Shown: positions 26,923 through 35,965, counted from the stretch's first letter. The stretch: DNA of 64,000 bases from Bacteroidota bacterium (GCA_947476645.1 CANJRM010000002.1:189-64188); one strand, 5' to 3'. Numbers and translations: made by a program. The notes: generated by a model from the sequence alone, not told the origin.

Positions 26923-28193
26923 GCACAGAAACACAATCTCTTTCCGCAATAAAATCTTTTCAGGAGCAAAAACTGAAAGAGCAATTAGTTTATCTGAAAG
27001 AGAATTCTCCTTACTACAAACAGCTTTTTGCACAACACAAAATTGAAATCGAAAAAATAAACTCGTTTGAAGATTTAGTTCATCTGCCAACTACAACTAA
27101 AGAAGATTTCAGTAATCACAATTTTGATTTTCTCAGCGTTCCGAAAAATAAAATCATTGATTACTCTACCACTTCCGGCACTACAGGTTCCCCTGTAACC
27201 ATTGCTTTAACTGAAAATGATTTACAACGTTTGGCTTACAACGAAAAGCAATCGTTCATCTGCGCTAATGGAAGGTCAACAGATGTGTATCAACTTATGC
27301 TTACGCTTGATAGACAATTTATGGCGGGCATGGCATACTATCTCGGTATAAGAAAGTTAGGTGCAGCAGCTGTTCGTGTTGGTCCCATCTCTCCGCAAAT
27401 GCAATGGGAAAATATTTCGCGCTTCAAACCAAATGCAATTGTTGCTGTTCCAAGTTTCATTTTAAAGTTGATTGATTATGCGGAAGCAAACAACATTGAC
27501 ATAAACAAATCGGGAATTGAACGCGCTATTTGCATTGGTGAACCAGTTCGCCATGCAGATTTATCTCCGAATACACTTGCCAAAAGAATTCAGGAGAAAT
27601 GGAATCTTAAACTCTTCTCCACTTATGCATCAACCGAAATGCAAACAGCTTTCACCGAATGTGTGCATGGTAAAGGCGGTCATCACAATCCTGAATTACT
27701 GATTGTGGAAATTTTGGACGATGAAGGAGCGCAATTGAAAGTAGGAGAGTTTGGCGAAGTAACTATTACAAGTTTGGGGATTGAAGGAATGCCGTTACTG
27801 CGTTATCGCACAGGAGATATCTGTTGCTATTACGATGAGCCGTGCGCTTGCGGAAGAAATACAATTCGCTTATCTCCTGTGGTGGGCAGAAAAAACCAAA
27901 TGATAAAGTATAAAGGCACAACCATTTTCCCGCCATCTATTTACGATGCGTTGAGTGCAGTTGCCGAAGTGAAAGATTACATTGTAGAAATTACAAAGAA
28001 CGATTTAGACACTGACGAAATACGAATTCATATCGCACTTGCCGGAAGTTTAGATGCGGCAGAACAAAAAATTAAAACTTCTCTTCAGTCAAAACTTCGC
28101 GTAACTCCTTCACTTAATTTTGTTTCTGCACAGCACTTGCAAAGTATGCGCCCCGCTGACGCGCGAAAACCTGCCATGATTATTTTTCGATAA
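26919..28193 (+). CDS. phenylacetate-CoA ligase (PaaK)/coenzyme F390 synthetase-like adenylate-forming enzyme
   Basis: 424 aa. AMP-binding core YSTTSGTTGSPV, later FSTYASTE and YRTGD motifs. Size and layout match the PaaK/F390 synthetase family. Confidence 0.75.
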   Translation: MSTETQSLSAIKSFQEQKLKEQLVYLKENSPYYKQLFAQHKIEIEKINSFEDLVHLPTTTKEDFSNHNFDFLSVPKNKIIDYSTTSGTTGSPVTIALTENDLQRLAYNEKQSFICANGRSTDVYQLMLTLDRQFMAGMAYYLGIRKLGAAAVRVGPISPQMQWENISRFKPNAIVAVPSFILKLIDYAEANNIDINKSGIERAICIGEPVRHADLSPNTLAKRIQEKWNLKLFSTYASTEMQTAFTECVHGKGGHHNPELLIVEILDDEGAQLKVGEFGEVTITSLGIEGMPLLRYRTGDICCYYDEPCACGRNTIRLSPVVGRKNQMIKYKGTTIFPPSIYDALSAVAEVKDYIVEITKNDLDTDEIRIHIALAGSLDAAEQKIKTSLQSKLRVTPSLNFVSAQHLQSMRPADARKPAMIIFR

Positions 28194-28239
28194 GCAAAAT
28201 CCTGTTTTGTGTTTTTTGTTTTTGGAGTAGGTTTGGCAC

Positions 28240-29697
28240 GTGAACAAACAATTCGATTTAGCCCATCCTATTTTTAAAATAATTTCTGAAGCTGCGAGCG
28301 AATTGAGTTTCGAAACCTATGCAGTTGGTGGCTTCGTGCGTGACCAATTGCTCGGCAGAAACTGTAAGGACATAGATTTTGTTTGTGTTGGTAGTGGTAT
28401 TGAACTCGCGCAAAAAGCCACAGAGAAAATTTCAGATAAACCACACGTAAGCTATTTCAAAAATTTCGGCACAGCGCAATTTCGTTGGAACGAATTTGAT
28501 TTTGAATTTGTAGGTGCGCGCAAAGAAAGCTACGACAGAAATTCTCGTAAACCCGTAGTTGAAGACGGAACTTTAGAAGACGACCAAAACCGCAGAGACT
28601 TTACCATTAACGCTATGGCGATTTCACTCAACAAAAATTCTTTTGGTGAATTGGTTGACCCGTTTAATGGAGTAAAAGATTTGGAAGAAAAACTGATTCG
28701 AACTCCGCTCGACCCCGATATTACTTTCAGCGATGATCCATTGCGTATGATGCGCGCTATTCGTTTTGCAACACAATTGGATTTTAAAATTCTGCCCGAA
28801 ACATTTGATGCGATTAAACGAAACAAAGAGCGCATCAAGATAATTTCGCAGGAACGCGTTACGGATGAACTGAACAAAATTATTCTTGCCAAAACTCCGA
28901 GCATCGGTTTTATTCTATTGGAAGAATGCGGTTTGCTCGAAATTATTTTTCCTGAATTTCAGAAACTAAAAGGAGTAGAAAACTACGAAGGCAAGGGACA
29001 CAAAGACAATTTCTATCACACGCTTCAAGTGTTAGACAACATCACTAAAGCGACAAACGATTTATGGTTGCGTTGGGCGGCTGTGTTGCATGATATTGCA
29101 AAGCCGCCAACAAAAAAATTTGTGGAAGGAACGGGCTGGACTTTTCACGGTCATGAAGTTCTCGGCAGCAAATGGGTGCCAAAAATTTTTGGTCGAATGA
29201 AATTACCAATGGGTAACGAGATGAAATTTGTTCGCAAAATGGTTTACCTGCATTTGCGACCAATTGCATTGACCAAAGAAGAAATTACTGATTCCGCTCT
29301 GCGAAGATTATTGTTTGAAGCAGGTGACGATATTGAAAATTTGCTTTCGCTTTGCGAAGCAGATATTACTTCGAAGAACCGCGAGAAAGTAAAACGCTAT
29401 CTCACGAGGTTTGAAGTGGTGCGCGAAAAATTGAAGGAAGTAGAGGAGAAAGATCAAGTGAGAAATTTTCAACCGCCCGTTACAGGCGAGTTAATTATGG
29501 AAACTTTCGGCATTGGTCCCTCGCGCGAAATTGGCGTGATAAAAGAAGAAATCAAGGAAGCAATTCTCGAAGGGAAAATCAGAAACGATTACGAAGAAGC
29601 GTTAAAGATGATGTTGGAGTTGGGAGAAAAACTTGGACTGAAGAAACAGTCGGATGTCCGAAGTCCGAAGTCCGAAGAAAATACAGACAATGCCTAA
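28240..29697 (+). CDS. cca: CCA tRNA nucleotidyltransferase / poly(A) polymerase family protein with HD domain
   Basis: GTG start. YAVGGFVRDQLLGRNCKDIDFV and RRDFTINAMA nucleotidyltransferase motifs, plus a later HD region (AAVLHDIAKP). The C-terminal tail SDVRSPKSEENTDNA is encoded by the heptad element. Confidence 0.85.
   Translation: MNKQFDLAHPIFKIISEAASELSFETYAVGGFVRDQLLGRNCKDIDFVCVGSGIELAQKATEKISDKPHVSYFKNFGTAQFRWNEFDFEFVGARKESYDRNSRKPVVEDGTLEDDQNRRDFTINAMAISLNKNSFGELVDPFNGVKDLEEKLIRTPLDPDITFSDDPLRMMRAIRFATQLDFKILPETFDAIKRNKERIKIISQERVTDELNKIILAKTPSIGFILLEECGLLEIIFPEFQKLKGVENYEGKGHKDNFYHTLQVLDNITKATNDLWLRWAAVLHDIAKPPTKKFVEGTGWTFHGHEVLGSKWVPKIFGRMKLPMGNEMKFVRKMVYLHLRPIALTKEEITDSALRRLLFEAGDDIENLLSLCEADITSKNREKVKRYLTRFEVVREKLKEVEEKDQVRNFQPPVTGELIMETFGIGPSREIGVIKEEIKEAILEGKIRNDYEEALKMMLELGEKLGLKKQSDVRSPKSEENTDNA
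29649..29688 (+). repeat. GTCCGAA heptad element copy at the cca 3' end / miaA 5' junction
   Basis: GTCGGATGTCCGAAGTCCGAAGTCCGAAGAAAATACAGAC. Near-identical core to the reverse complement of 35585-35625. Confidence 0.85.
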
Positions 29698-30604
29698 TCT
29701 GCCGACTTTGCTTGTGGTCTGCGGACCAACTGCCATTGGTAAAACTTCTTTGGCTATTGAAATTGCTAAGCAATACAACGCTGAAATTATCTCTGCTGAC
29801 TCACGACAGTTTTACAAGGAGATGAATATTGGCACAGCAAAACCAACGGAAGAACAGTTGGCGGAAGTGCCTCACCATTTCATCAACAATATTTCCATTC
29901 ATACCAAACATTACAGCGCAGGCAAGTATGAGTTTGAAGTGCTGGAGTTTTTAGAAAAATATTTTCAAGAGAAGAATATTGCGGTTGTGGTGGGCGGTTC
30001 AGGTTTATTTATCAATGCAGTTTGCAGTGGCTTCGATAAATTTGAACGAGAAGATGACAATCAACTTTATGTTACGCGCAAATTTCTCAATGAGAAAAGT
30101 TTAGATTGGTTACAACAAGAAGTTGAACGACTCGACCCTGAATATTTCGAAAAGGTAGACAAAAAAAATCCTGTCCGATTAAAACGTGCACTTGAAATTA
30201 TTTACACCACTGGAAAGAAATACAGCGAACAACGCATAGGCAAGAAAACAGAACGACCTTTCAATATCGTAAAAGTCGGTTTGAGTTTGCCTCGTGAAAT
30301 TCTAAATGAACGAATCAATAATCGTGTAGATGAAATGTTCAAGCAAGGTTTGTTGGAAGAAGTAAAAGAACTCTACATTAACAAGAAGCTACACGCGCTG
30401 GAAACAGTTGGCTATACAGAATTGTTTGATTTTATTGAAGACAAAATTTCTTTCGAAGATGCTGTTGCACTCATCAAACAAAACACCCGCAATTATGCTA
30501 AGCGGCAAATGACCTGGTTCAAAAAGGATGATGGTATTCAATGGTTTCAACCTGAAAAGAAGGAGGAAATCATCTCCTATATTAGGTCGCAATTGAACAA
30601 GTGA
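29690..30604 (+). CDS. miaA: tRNA dimethylallyltransferase
   Basis: Start moved to the ATG at 29690 (MPNLPTLLVVCGPTAIGKTSLAIEIAK, a P-loop). ADSRQFYKEMNIGTAKP motif. Overlaps the cca stop by 8 nt. Confidence 0.9.
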   Translation: MPNLPTLLVVCGPTAIGKTSLAIEIAKQYNAEIISADSRQFYKEMNIGTAKPTEEQLAEVPHHFINNISIHTKHYSAGKYEFEVLEFLEKYFQEKNIAVVVGGSGLFINAVCSGFDKFEREDDNQLYVTRKFLNEKSLDWLQQEVERLDPEYFEKVDKKNPVRLKRALEIIYTTGKKYSEQRIGKKTERPFNIVKVGLSLPREILNERINNRVDEMFKQGLLEEVKELYINKKLHALETVGYTELFDFIEDKISFEDAVALIKQNTRNYAKRQMTWFKKDDGIQWFQPEKKEEIISYIRSQLNK

Positions 30605-31827
30605 AAGTCGCTCTCTCCAAATATTTTTCGATTCCTCGCGTAATCATCAATTTGATGTTGGCTGATGTATTTCTGCAACTCATCAATTCGGCATTTACTA
30701 TGCTTCTGAATTATTTGATGCTTGACCATGGCTTTAAAGATTTTGAGATTGCGAGTATGATTGGCAACAGGTATCTCACTGTATTATTATGTTCAGTGCC
30801 GCTTGCACTATTGGTAAAAGGCAAACGATTAAAACCCTTTATGCTCGTGGGAGCAATTTCATCTCCAATAGTTGCGCTTCTTTTAATTTTTGGAATTCAT
30901 ACGCACAATACAGAACTCATTCGCATTCTAATGTCGCTTTGGGGCATTAGTTTTTCGTTGTTACAAATTTTGGTGATGCCTTATATTTTGCTGAACGGAA
31001 GTAAGGAACATGAAACAGAAAGCATAACCCTGTTTTTTAGTGCTGGAAATTTCACTACAATTTTTGTCGGCATGTTGGGATTTTTTCTTCCGTTTATCAG
31101 CAGTTTCTTTACTACCGAAGTGCTGTTAGTTTTATATTCTTCACTGGGCTTGCTTGGGATTTACTTTGTGCAACAACTTCCTTCCAACGAAAATCTTGGA
31201 ACGCGAATTCCAATCACAAACATTCATTCCGATTATGACTGGTCGGTCATTTTACAAGCTGTTGTTCCTTCTTTTCTAATTGCGCTTGGTGCAGGTTTCA
31301 CTATTCCGGTTATCAATCTTTTCTTTCACGATATACATGGTATGGAAGCTCCTGCCTTTTCTATTATGAATTCTGTTGCATTTACATTAGTGGTTATTAC
31401 CGCACTCGCTATTCCTGAAATAAAAAGAAGATTCGGTTATCAGTTTGCTATTACGTTTATGCAATCGTTGGCTATTATTTTTCTTTTCATTATGGCAACT
31501 ACCGAATGGTATAACCACACGACCATTGGAATTGTAATTGCCGCCATCACTTTTACTTTACGACAACCCTTGATGAATATGGCGGGACCGCTTACGAGTG
31601 AACTCACTTTAAATTATGTAGGCGAACGCAACCGCGAAATGATGTCAGCTATCAATGCAAGTATTTGGAGCGGTTGCTGGTTTGTGAGCTCAAAAATATT
31701 TGCTGTGTTGCGCGAGGCTGATGTGGCTTACTCGAATATTATTTTCATCACTGTAGCACTTTATATTGTTGGCGTGGTGTGGTATTATGGATTGATTAGA
31801 GTGCATGAGAAGAGACTTTCTAATTGA
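30601..31827 (+). CDS. MFS-type transporter
   Basis: 408 aa with ~12 hydrophobic helices in two halves. GTGA overlap with miaA. Substrate unknown. Confidence 0.6.
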   Translation: MKVALSKYFSIPRVIINLMLADVFLQLINSAFTMLLNYLMLDHGFKDFEIASMIGNRYLTVLLCSVPLALLVKGKRLKPFMLVGAISSPIVALLLIFGIHTHNTELIRILMSLWGISFSLLQILVMPYILLNGSKEHETESITLFFSAGNFTTIFVGMLGFFLPFISSFFTTEVLLVLYSSLGLLGIYFVQQLPSNENLGTRIPITNIHSDYDWSVILQAVVPSFLIALGAGFTIPVINLFFHDIHGMEAPAFSIMNSVAFTLVVITALAIPEIKRRFGYQFAITFMQSLAIIFLFIMATTEWYNHTTIGIVIAAITFTLRQPLMNMAGPLTSELTLNYVGERNREMMSAINASIWSGCWFVSSKIFAVLREADVAYSNIIFITVALYIVGVVWYYGLIRVHEKRLSN

Positions 31828-31851
31828 AGCTTATTTTAGTTACTTAGCTTC

Positions 31852-32445
31852 ATGAGCACCACCATCAAATACTATTTAGCCGCTTACAATTTTACCGCCT
31901 TCATTTTTTGGGCATTGTATTTTTTCAGCTTCATCACTTCGGTTTTAGAACTTAATGCGCGCAATTTATTTCTGCTGAATATTGCACAAGGTTTAGCAGT
32001 ATTAGAAATAATTCATGCCTTGCTCAAATGGGTAAAATCTCCTGTTGTTTCCACTTCTGCACAAGTAGCATCGCGCATTTTAGTGTTAGTGCTAATCAAT
32101 ATCTTCTTCAACAATCAAACCTTCTCACACATTACTGTCATAGGTGTTCTAATTGTTTCAGTAGCTTGGAGTGTGACTGAGTTAGTTCGCTATTCGCTCT
32201 ATTTTCTTTCGCTTTTCAACAAACAACCCTCTGCACTTCTTTGGATGCGTTATTCGTTTTTCATTGTGTTATATCCTCTTGGAGTTACGGGGGAGTGGTT
32301 CATTCTAATTACACCACTCATTTCAAGTGGAATTGTTTTGAATGCTTACAACGTTTTCCTCCTAGTAAATGCTTCTGCTTATGCATATTATTTTCCTGTG
32401 CTCTACAAATACATGTGGAGTCAGCGCAAACAAAAACTGGAGTAG
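31852..32445 (+). CDS. PTPLA/HACD-like membrane protein (3-hydroxyacyl-CoA dehydratase-like family)
   Basis: 197 aa with 5-6 TM helices. YLAAYNFTAFIFWALY, LAVLEIIHALLKWVKSPVVSTSAQVASR, TELVRYSLYF and LWMRYSFFIVLYPLGVTGEW match the conserved blocks I remember for the eukaryotic PHS1/HACD (PTPLA, PF04387) family. Confidence 0.6.
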   Translation: MSTTIKYYLAAYNFTAFIFWALYFFSFITSVLELNARNLFLLNIAQGLAVLEIIHALLKWVKSPVVSTSAQVASRILVLVLINIFFNNQTFSHITVIGVLIVSVAWSVTELVRYSLYFLSLFNKQPSALLWMRYSFFIVLYPLGVTGEWFILITPLISSGIVLNAYNVFLLVNASAYAYYFPVLYKYMWSQRKQKLE

Positions 32446-32487
32446 GTTGTACTGCAGTTTTTGTTTTGATTTTCTGATTTCAGAAGT

Positions 32488-34329
32488 TTAATTCTTCACC
32501 ACTCGCTTGCTGTAAACTTTGCCGCCAGCGGTTACACTCATCAGATAAACTCCTCTTGCCAGTGAACTCATGTCGGCTTCGTCATTAAACAAACCGTAGT
32601 CGCTGTGTTTAGTGTTGTGGGTGTAAATAACTTTGCCGCTCATGTCAGTCATTTGAATATTTACATCGGTAGGTTTGTAGATGTAATACTGAATGCGCAC
32701 TTCATTTTCTGCCGGATTAGGATAGCATGAAATCATTACCATATCATCATTCGCCACATTTTTAATTCCTGTAACAACCGGAGCTAAAACGGGATTTGTT
32801 CCGCGTGGACTTAGTGGCCCGCTGCACTGACTCAGGTGATTTGCTCCGTCTAAATCGCACCATGAAGCGGCAACGCTTGATGTGTATGCGCGTGAAGCAA
32901 TAGTGCTCATGTAAAGCCAATCGCCCTGCACTTTTTGGTCAGTTACGTCAAACAGCAAATATCCACGCTTAGAAAGTTCGGCATATTTTATATGCGAAAT
33001 AAGAGCTGTAATAATATTGGCCGGAACGGGGAAAGTGATGAAGCTTCCGCTCGTTACGCTGGTGCAAACAAACTCAACCATTGCAGAACCTGCTCCAGTA
33101 CTCCCATTATATGTTGCATCCGGATTTGGGATATCATTGGCCCAAGACGTATGAATATCTCCGGTAAGAATTGCTACGTTGTCAATATGGTTTGCGGTTA
33201 TGTAACGAATAATTTTATCGCGCTCAGCGGGGTAACCGTCCCACTGGTCTTGATTAAGTGCTACACCAAAAACTTTCAATGGTGCAAACATTACCTGATT
33301 GCCAATCAATTTCCATTTAGCTGTTGAAGCAGAAAGTTGTTGTTTATACCATTCTAATTGCGGAAGTCCTAACATAGTTCTGTTTGTATCAGTAACAGTA
33401 GCACCCGTTGTTCCCGCCTGAATTTGCCTTCCTTCCAAACGCGAATCAAGCATGATTAGGTCAGCCAGATTTCCCATTGGAATTACACGGTGAATAGTGT
33501 CGTAACTATTGTGTGTATCGCGAATGGGCATCCACTCAAAGTATGCTTTGCGCGAATCTTCCTTGCGGTCAACCCAATTACCTTCAACACTGTCTGTGTG
33601 ATTTTGTGCTCCACCGTTCCAACTATCGTTTGCACTTTCGTGGTCATCCCAAACTGTAATGAAAGGATACTGCTGATGCACACTTCTCAAATCGGGGTCG
33701 AGTTTATAGAACGAATGGCGTTGACGGTAATCAGCTAAATTCAATACTTCATGAAATGGCTCCTGTAAACGAGAGGAATCAACACCCGGAGTAAAATCAT
33801 CAGGTCCATATTCATAATAGTAATCGCCTAAGTGAATCACAGCATCCACATCATTCTTGCCGGCAATGTCATTGTAAGCATTGAAGAATCCATCCTGATA
33901 ATTAGAGCAAGCCACTACTGCAAAACGCAAATCAGAAACATTTCCCGATGGTGAAGTTTTAGTTCTGCCAATGATTGAATACGTTCCATTGTTACTAAAC
34001 CGATAGTAATACCAGGTGTTCTGTTGTAAACCTGTAGCATCTACCTTTACCGTAAAATCTTTTGTTGAATCAGTGGTGGTTGTTCCCAAATTTACAATCG
34101 TAGAAAAAGTTGTGTCAGTTGCAATTTGCCAACCAACAGTTTCAACAGCGTTGTCCGAAGTAATTCTTGTCCAAAGTATAACGCGGTCAGTCAACGGGTC
34201 ACCTGACGCAACACCATGATAAAACGGAGCTAGAGCTGGATTTACCTGGGAGCGCGAAGGCGAATTATGGTCTTCGGCAAAAAGAATGGATGTAGAAAAT
34301 AGAAGTAGTAGAAGTAAACTTTTTTTCAT
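32488..34329 (-). CDS. phoD: PhoD-family alkaline phosphatase with T9SS type A C-terminal sorting domain
   Basis: Start moved to Met60 of the ORF (MKKSLLLLLLFSTSILFA signal peptide). FAVVACSNYQDG, IHLGDYYYEY and WDDHE motifs. The C-terminal ~80 aa (CYPNPAENEVRIQY...GVYLMSVTAGGKVYSKRVVKN) is a Por/T9SS tail. Confidence 0.85.
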   Translation of the reverse strand: MKKSLLLLLLFSTSILFAEDHNSPSRSQVNPALAPFYHGVASGDPLTDRVILWTRITSDNAVETVGWQIATDTTFSTIVNLGTTTTDSTKDFTVKVDATGLQQNTWYYYRFSNNGTYSIIGRTKTSPSGNVSDLRFAVVACSNYQDGFFNAYNDIAGKNDVDAVIHLGDYYYEYGPDDFTPGVDSSRLQEPFHEVLNLADYRQRHSFYKLDPDLRSVHQQYPFITVWDDHESANDSWNGGAQNHTDSVEGNWVDRKEDSRKAYFEWMPIRDTHNSYDTIHRVIPMGNLADLIMLDSRLEGRQIQAGTTGATVTDTNRTMLGLPQLEWYKQQLSASTAKWKLIGNQVMFAPLKVFGVALNQDQWDGYPAERDKIIRYITANHIDNVAILTGDIHTSWANDIPNPDATYNGSTGAGSAMVEFVCTSVTSGSFITFPVPANIITALISHIKYAELSKRGYLLFDVTDQKVQGDWLYMSTIASRAYTSSVAASWCDLDGANHLSQCSGPLSPRGTNPVLAPVVTGIKNVANDDMVMISCYPNPAENEVRIQYYIYKPTDVNIQMTDMSGKVIYTHNTKHSDYGLFNDEADMSSLARGVYLMSVTAGGKVYSKRVVKN

Positions 34330-34423
34330 GGTTGAAATATTTTGGACTCGAATGTAAACCGAAAACGCATCTTTTATAAATGAAATTATATTCGCCATAA
34401 TCAATTCATAAATAGATAAAGCC

Positions 34424-35263
34424 ATGCTGATTATTGCCGAAAGCGGTTCCACCAAAACAAACTGGTTAACAGAAAGCAAAGAATTGTTTGAGACCATCGG
34501 TTTCAATCCATTGTTCTTTTCATCGGAAGATATTTACAGCGAAATGCTGAAACAAGAATCGCTTTGCGCGCTTCGCGAAAAAGTGACCAAGGTTTTTTTC
34601 TATGGAGCAAGTTGCTCAAGCGATGAACGCAATAACATTATTGCCGTTGCCATGAAAAAGTTTTTTGAAAATGCTTCTGAAATAAAAGTTGACCACGATT
34701 TAAAAGCTGCAGCACTTGCCACTTATGATGGTCGCTCAAGTGTTGCCTGCATTCTAGGCACAGGGAGTAACTCCTGCTTATACGATGGCAAAGATGTTTA
34801 CGAAGAAGTTCCTGCGCTTGGCTATGTGTTGGGCGATGAAGGCAGTGGAGCTTACTTCGGCAAAAAGTTGTTGGCGAAATTCCTTTATCACGAACTACCC
34901 GAAGCAACAATGAAATTGCTACGCGATGATTATGGATTGGAAAAGGAAAAAATTTTCGATGCCGTTTATAAAAAGCCGCATGCGAATGTCTACCTCGCTT
35001 CGTTTGCAAAAGCATTAACTGATTCAACCGACAAAGAATTTATGGAGCAATTTGCTGCAGAAGGATTCACCGATTTTTTCAGTTACCATGTTTGCTGCTA
35101 TAAGAATTACAAAAAATATCCTGTTCATTTTGTTGGTTCTATTGCCTTTCACTTTAAAAACGAATTGCAGAAAGTGGCTGATAAATTTGGCTGCGAATTG
35201 GGAGTGGTAGATAAGAATCCTGTTTACCGATTGCTGGACTGGCACTTGAAAAACGAGAAATAA
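34424..35263 (+). CDS. BadF/BadG/BcrA/BcrD-type ATPase (N-acetylglucosamine kinase-like)
   Basis: 279 aa with N-terminal LIIAESGSTKTNW, ILGTGSNSC and GYVLGDEGSGAYFG motifs of the ASKHA sugar-kinase-like family. Confidence 0.75.
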   Translation: MLIIAESGSTKTNWLTESKELFETIGFNPLFFSSEDIYSEMLKQESLCALREKVTKVFFYGASCSSDERNNIIAVAMKKFFENASEIKVDHDLKAAALATYDGRSSVACILGTGSNSCLYDGKDVYEEVPALGYVLGDEGSGAYFGKKLLAKFLYHELPEATMKLLRDDYGLEKEKIFDAVYKKPHANVYLASFAKALTDSTDKEFMEQFAAEGFTDFFSYHVCCYKNYKKYPVHFVGSIAFHFKNELQKVADKFGCELGVVDKNPVYRLLDWHLKNEK

Positions 35264-35269
35264 ATTTCT

Positions 35270-35965
35270 CTACAGCGCATTAAACGCAAATCCTTTCAAC
35301 GTAAAATATTCTAAGATTTTAGGAAGTGCGTATTCAACTTTTGGTTTTGCTTTTAAGCTATCGTGCATTACTACAATACTTCCTGGTTCAGCATTTTTAA
35401 AAACATTCTGCAACACTTTTTCTTCTTCCATTTTCAAATCGAAATCAAAACTCAAAACATCCCACATAACGAGTTTGTATTCACGCTTTAGTTTTGAGTA
35501 CTGCGATGGCTTTAATTTTCCGTAAGGTGGGCGAAAGAGAGTTGGATGTCCATTGTCCGATGTCGGATCTAAAACAAAACAGTCTTTTGTATTTGCTTCG
35601 GACTTCGGACTTCGGACATCCGACATTACTGTTCTGCACTTCTCAATATTTTCAAAATAAATTTCGTCCGAAACATTCCATCCGTTCAAATGGTCGTAAG
35701 TGTGATTTCCTATGCTATGCCCTTCATTAATTATTCGTTGAAAAATTTCTGGATTGGCCTCAATGTTTTTTCCAATGCAGAAGAAAGTCGCCTTAGCATT
35801 CCATCTTTTCAATTCATCTAAAACATACGGAGTTATTTCAGCAATTGGTCCATCATCAAAACTGAAGTAAAGAATTTTTTCCTTGGTATTTACCTTCCAT
35901 AAACAGTCGGGATAGACTACACTAAGCAGCGGTGATGTTTTAGTAAATAACAAGGCATCTAACAT
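35270..35965 (-). CDS. polysaccharide deacetylase family protein (NodB homology) carrying an in-frame repeat-element insertion
   Basis: 231 aa with FSFDDGP, ATFFCIG, HSIGNHTYDH and LFRPPYG motifs. About 27 extra residues (SDVRSPKSEANTKDCFVLDPTSDNGHP) lie between the latter two blocks. Confidence 0.85.
   Translation of the reverse strand: MLDALLFTKTSPLLSVVYPDCLWKVNTKEKILYFSFDDGPIAEITPYVLDELKRWNAKATFFCIGKNIEANPEIFQRIINEGHSIGNHTYDHLNGWNVSDEIYFENIEKCRTVMSDVRSPKSEANTKDCFVLDPTSDNGHPTLFRPPYGKLKPSQYSKLKREYKLVMWDVLSFDFDLKMEEEKVLQNVFKNAEPGSIVVMHDSLKAKPKVEYALPKILEYFTLKGFAFNAL
35544..35627 (-). repeat. GTCCGAA heptad palindromic element, longest copy, inside the deacetylase CDS
   Basis: Plus strand reads ...GTCCGATGTCGGATC-(35 nt)-CTTCGGACTTCGGACTTCGGACATCCGACAT. 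Three perfect heptads flanked by imperfect inverted repeats. Confidence 0.8.

Noticed and set aside
34330-34506. 59-codon N-terminal extension of the PhoD ORF
   Set aside because: The extension overlaps the start of the convergent-side plus gene at 34424 and lacks signal-peptide character. A textbook signal peptide (MKKSLLLLLLFSTSILFA) starts at the internal Met at 34329.
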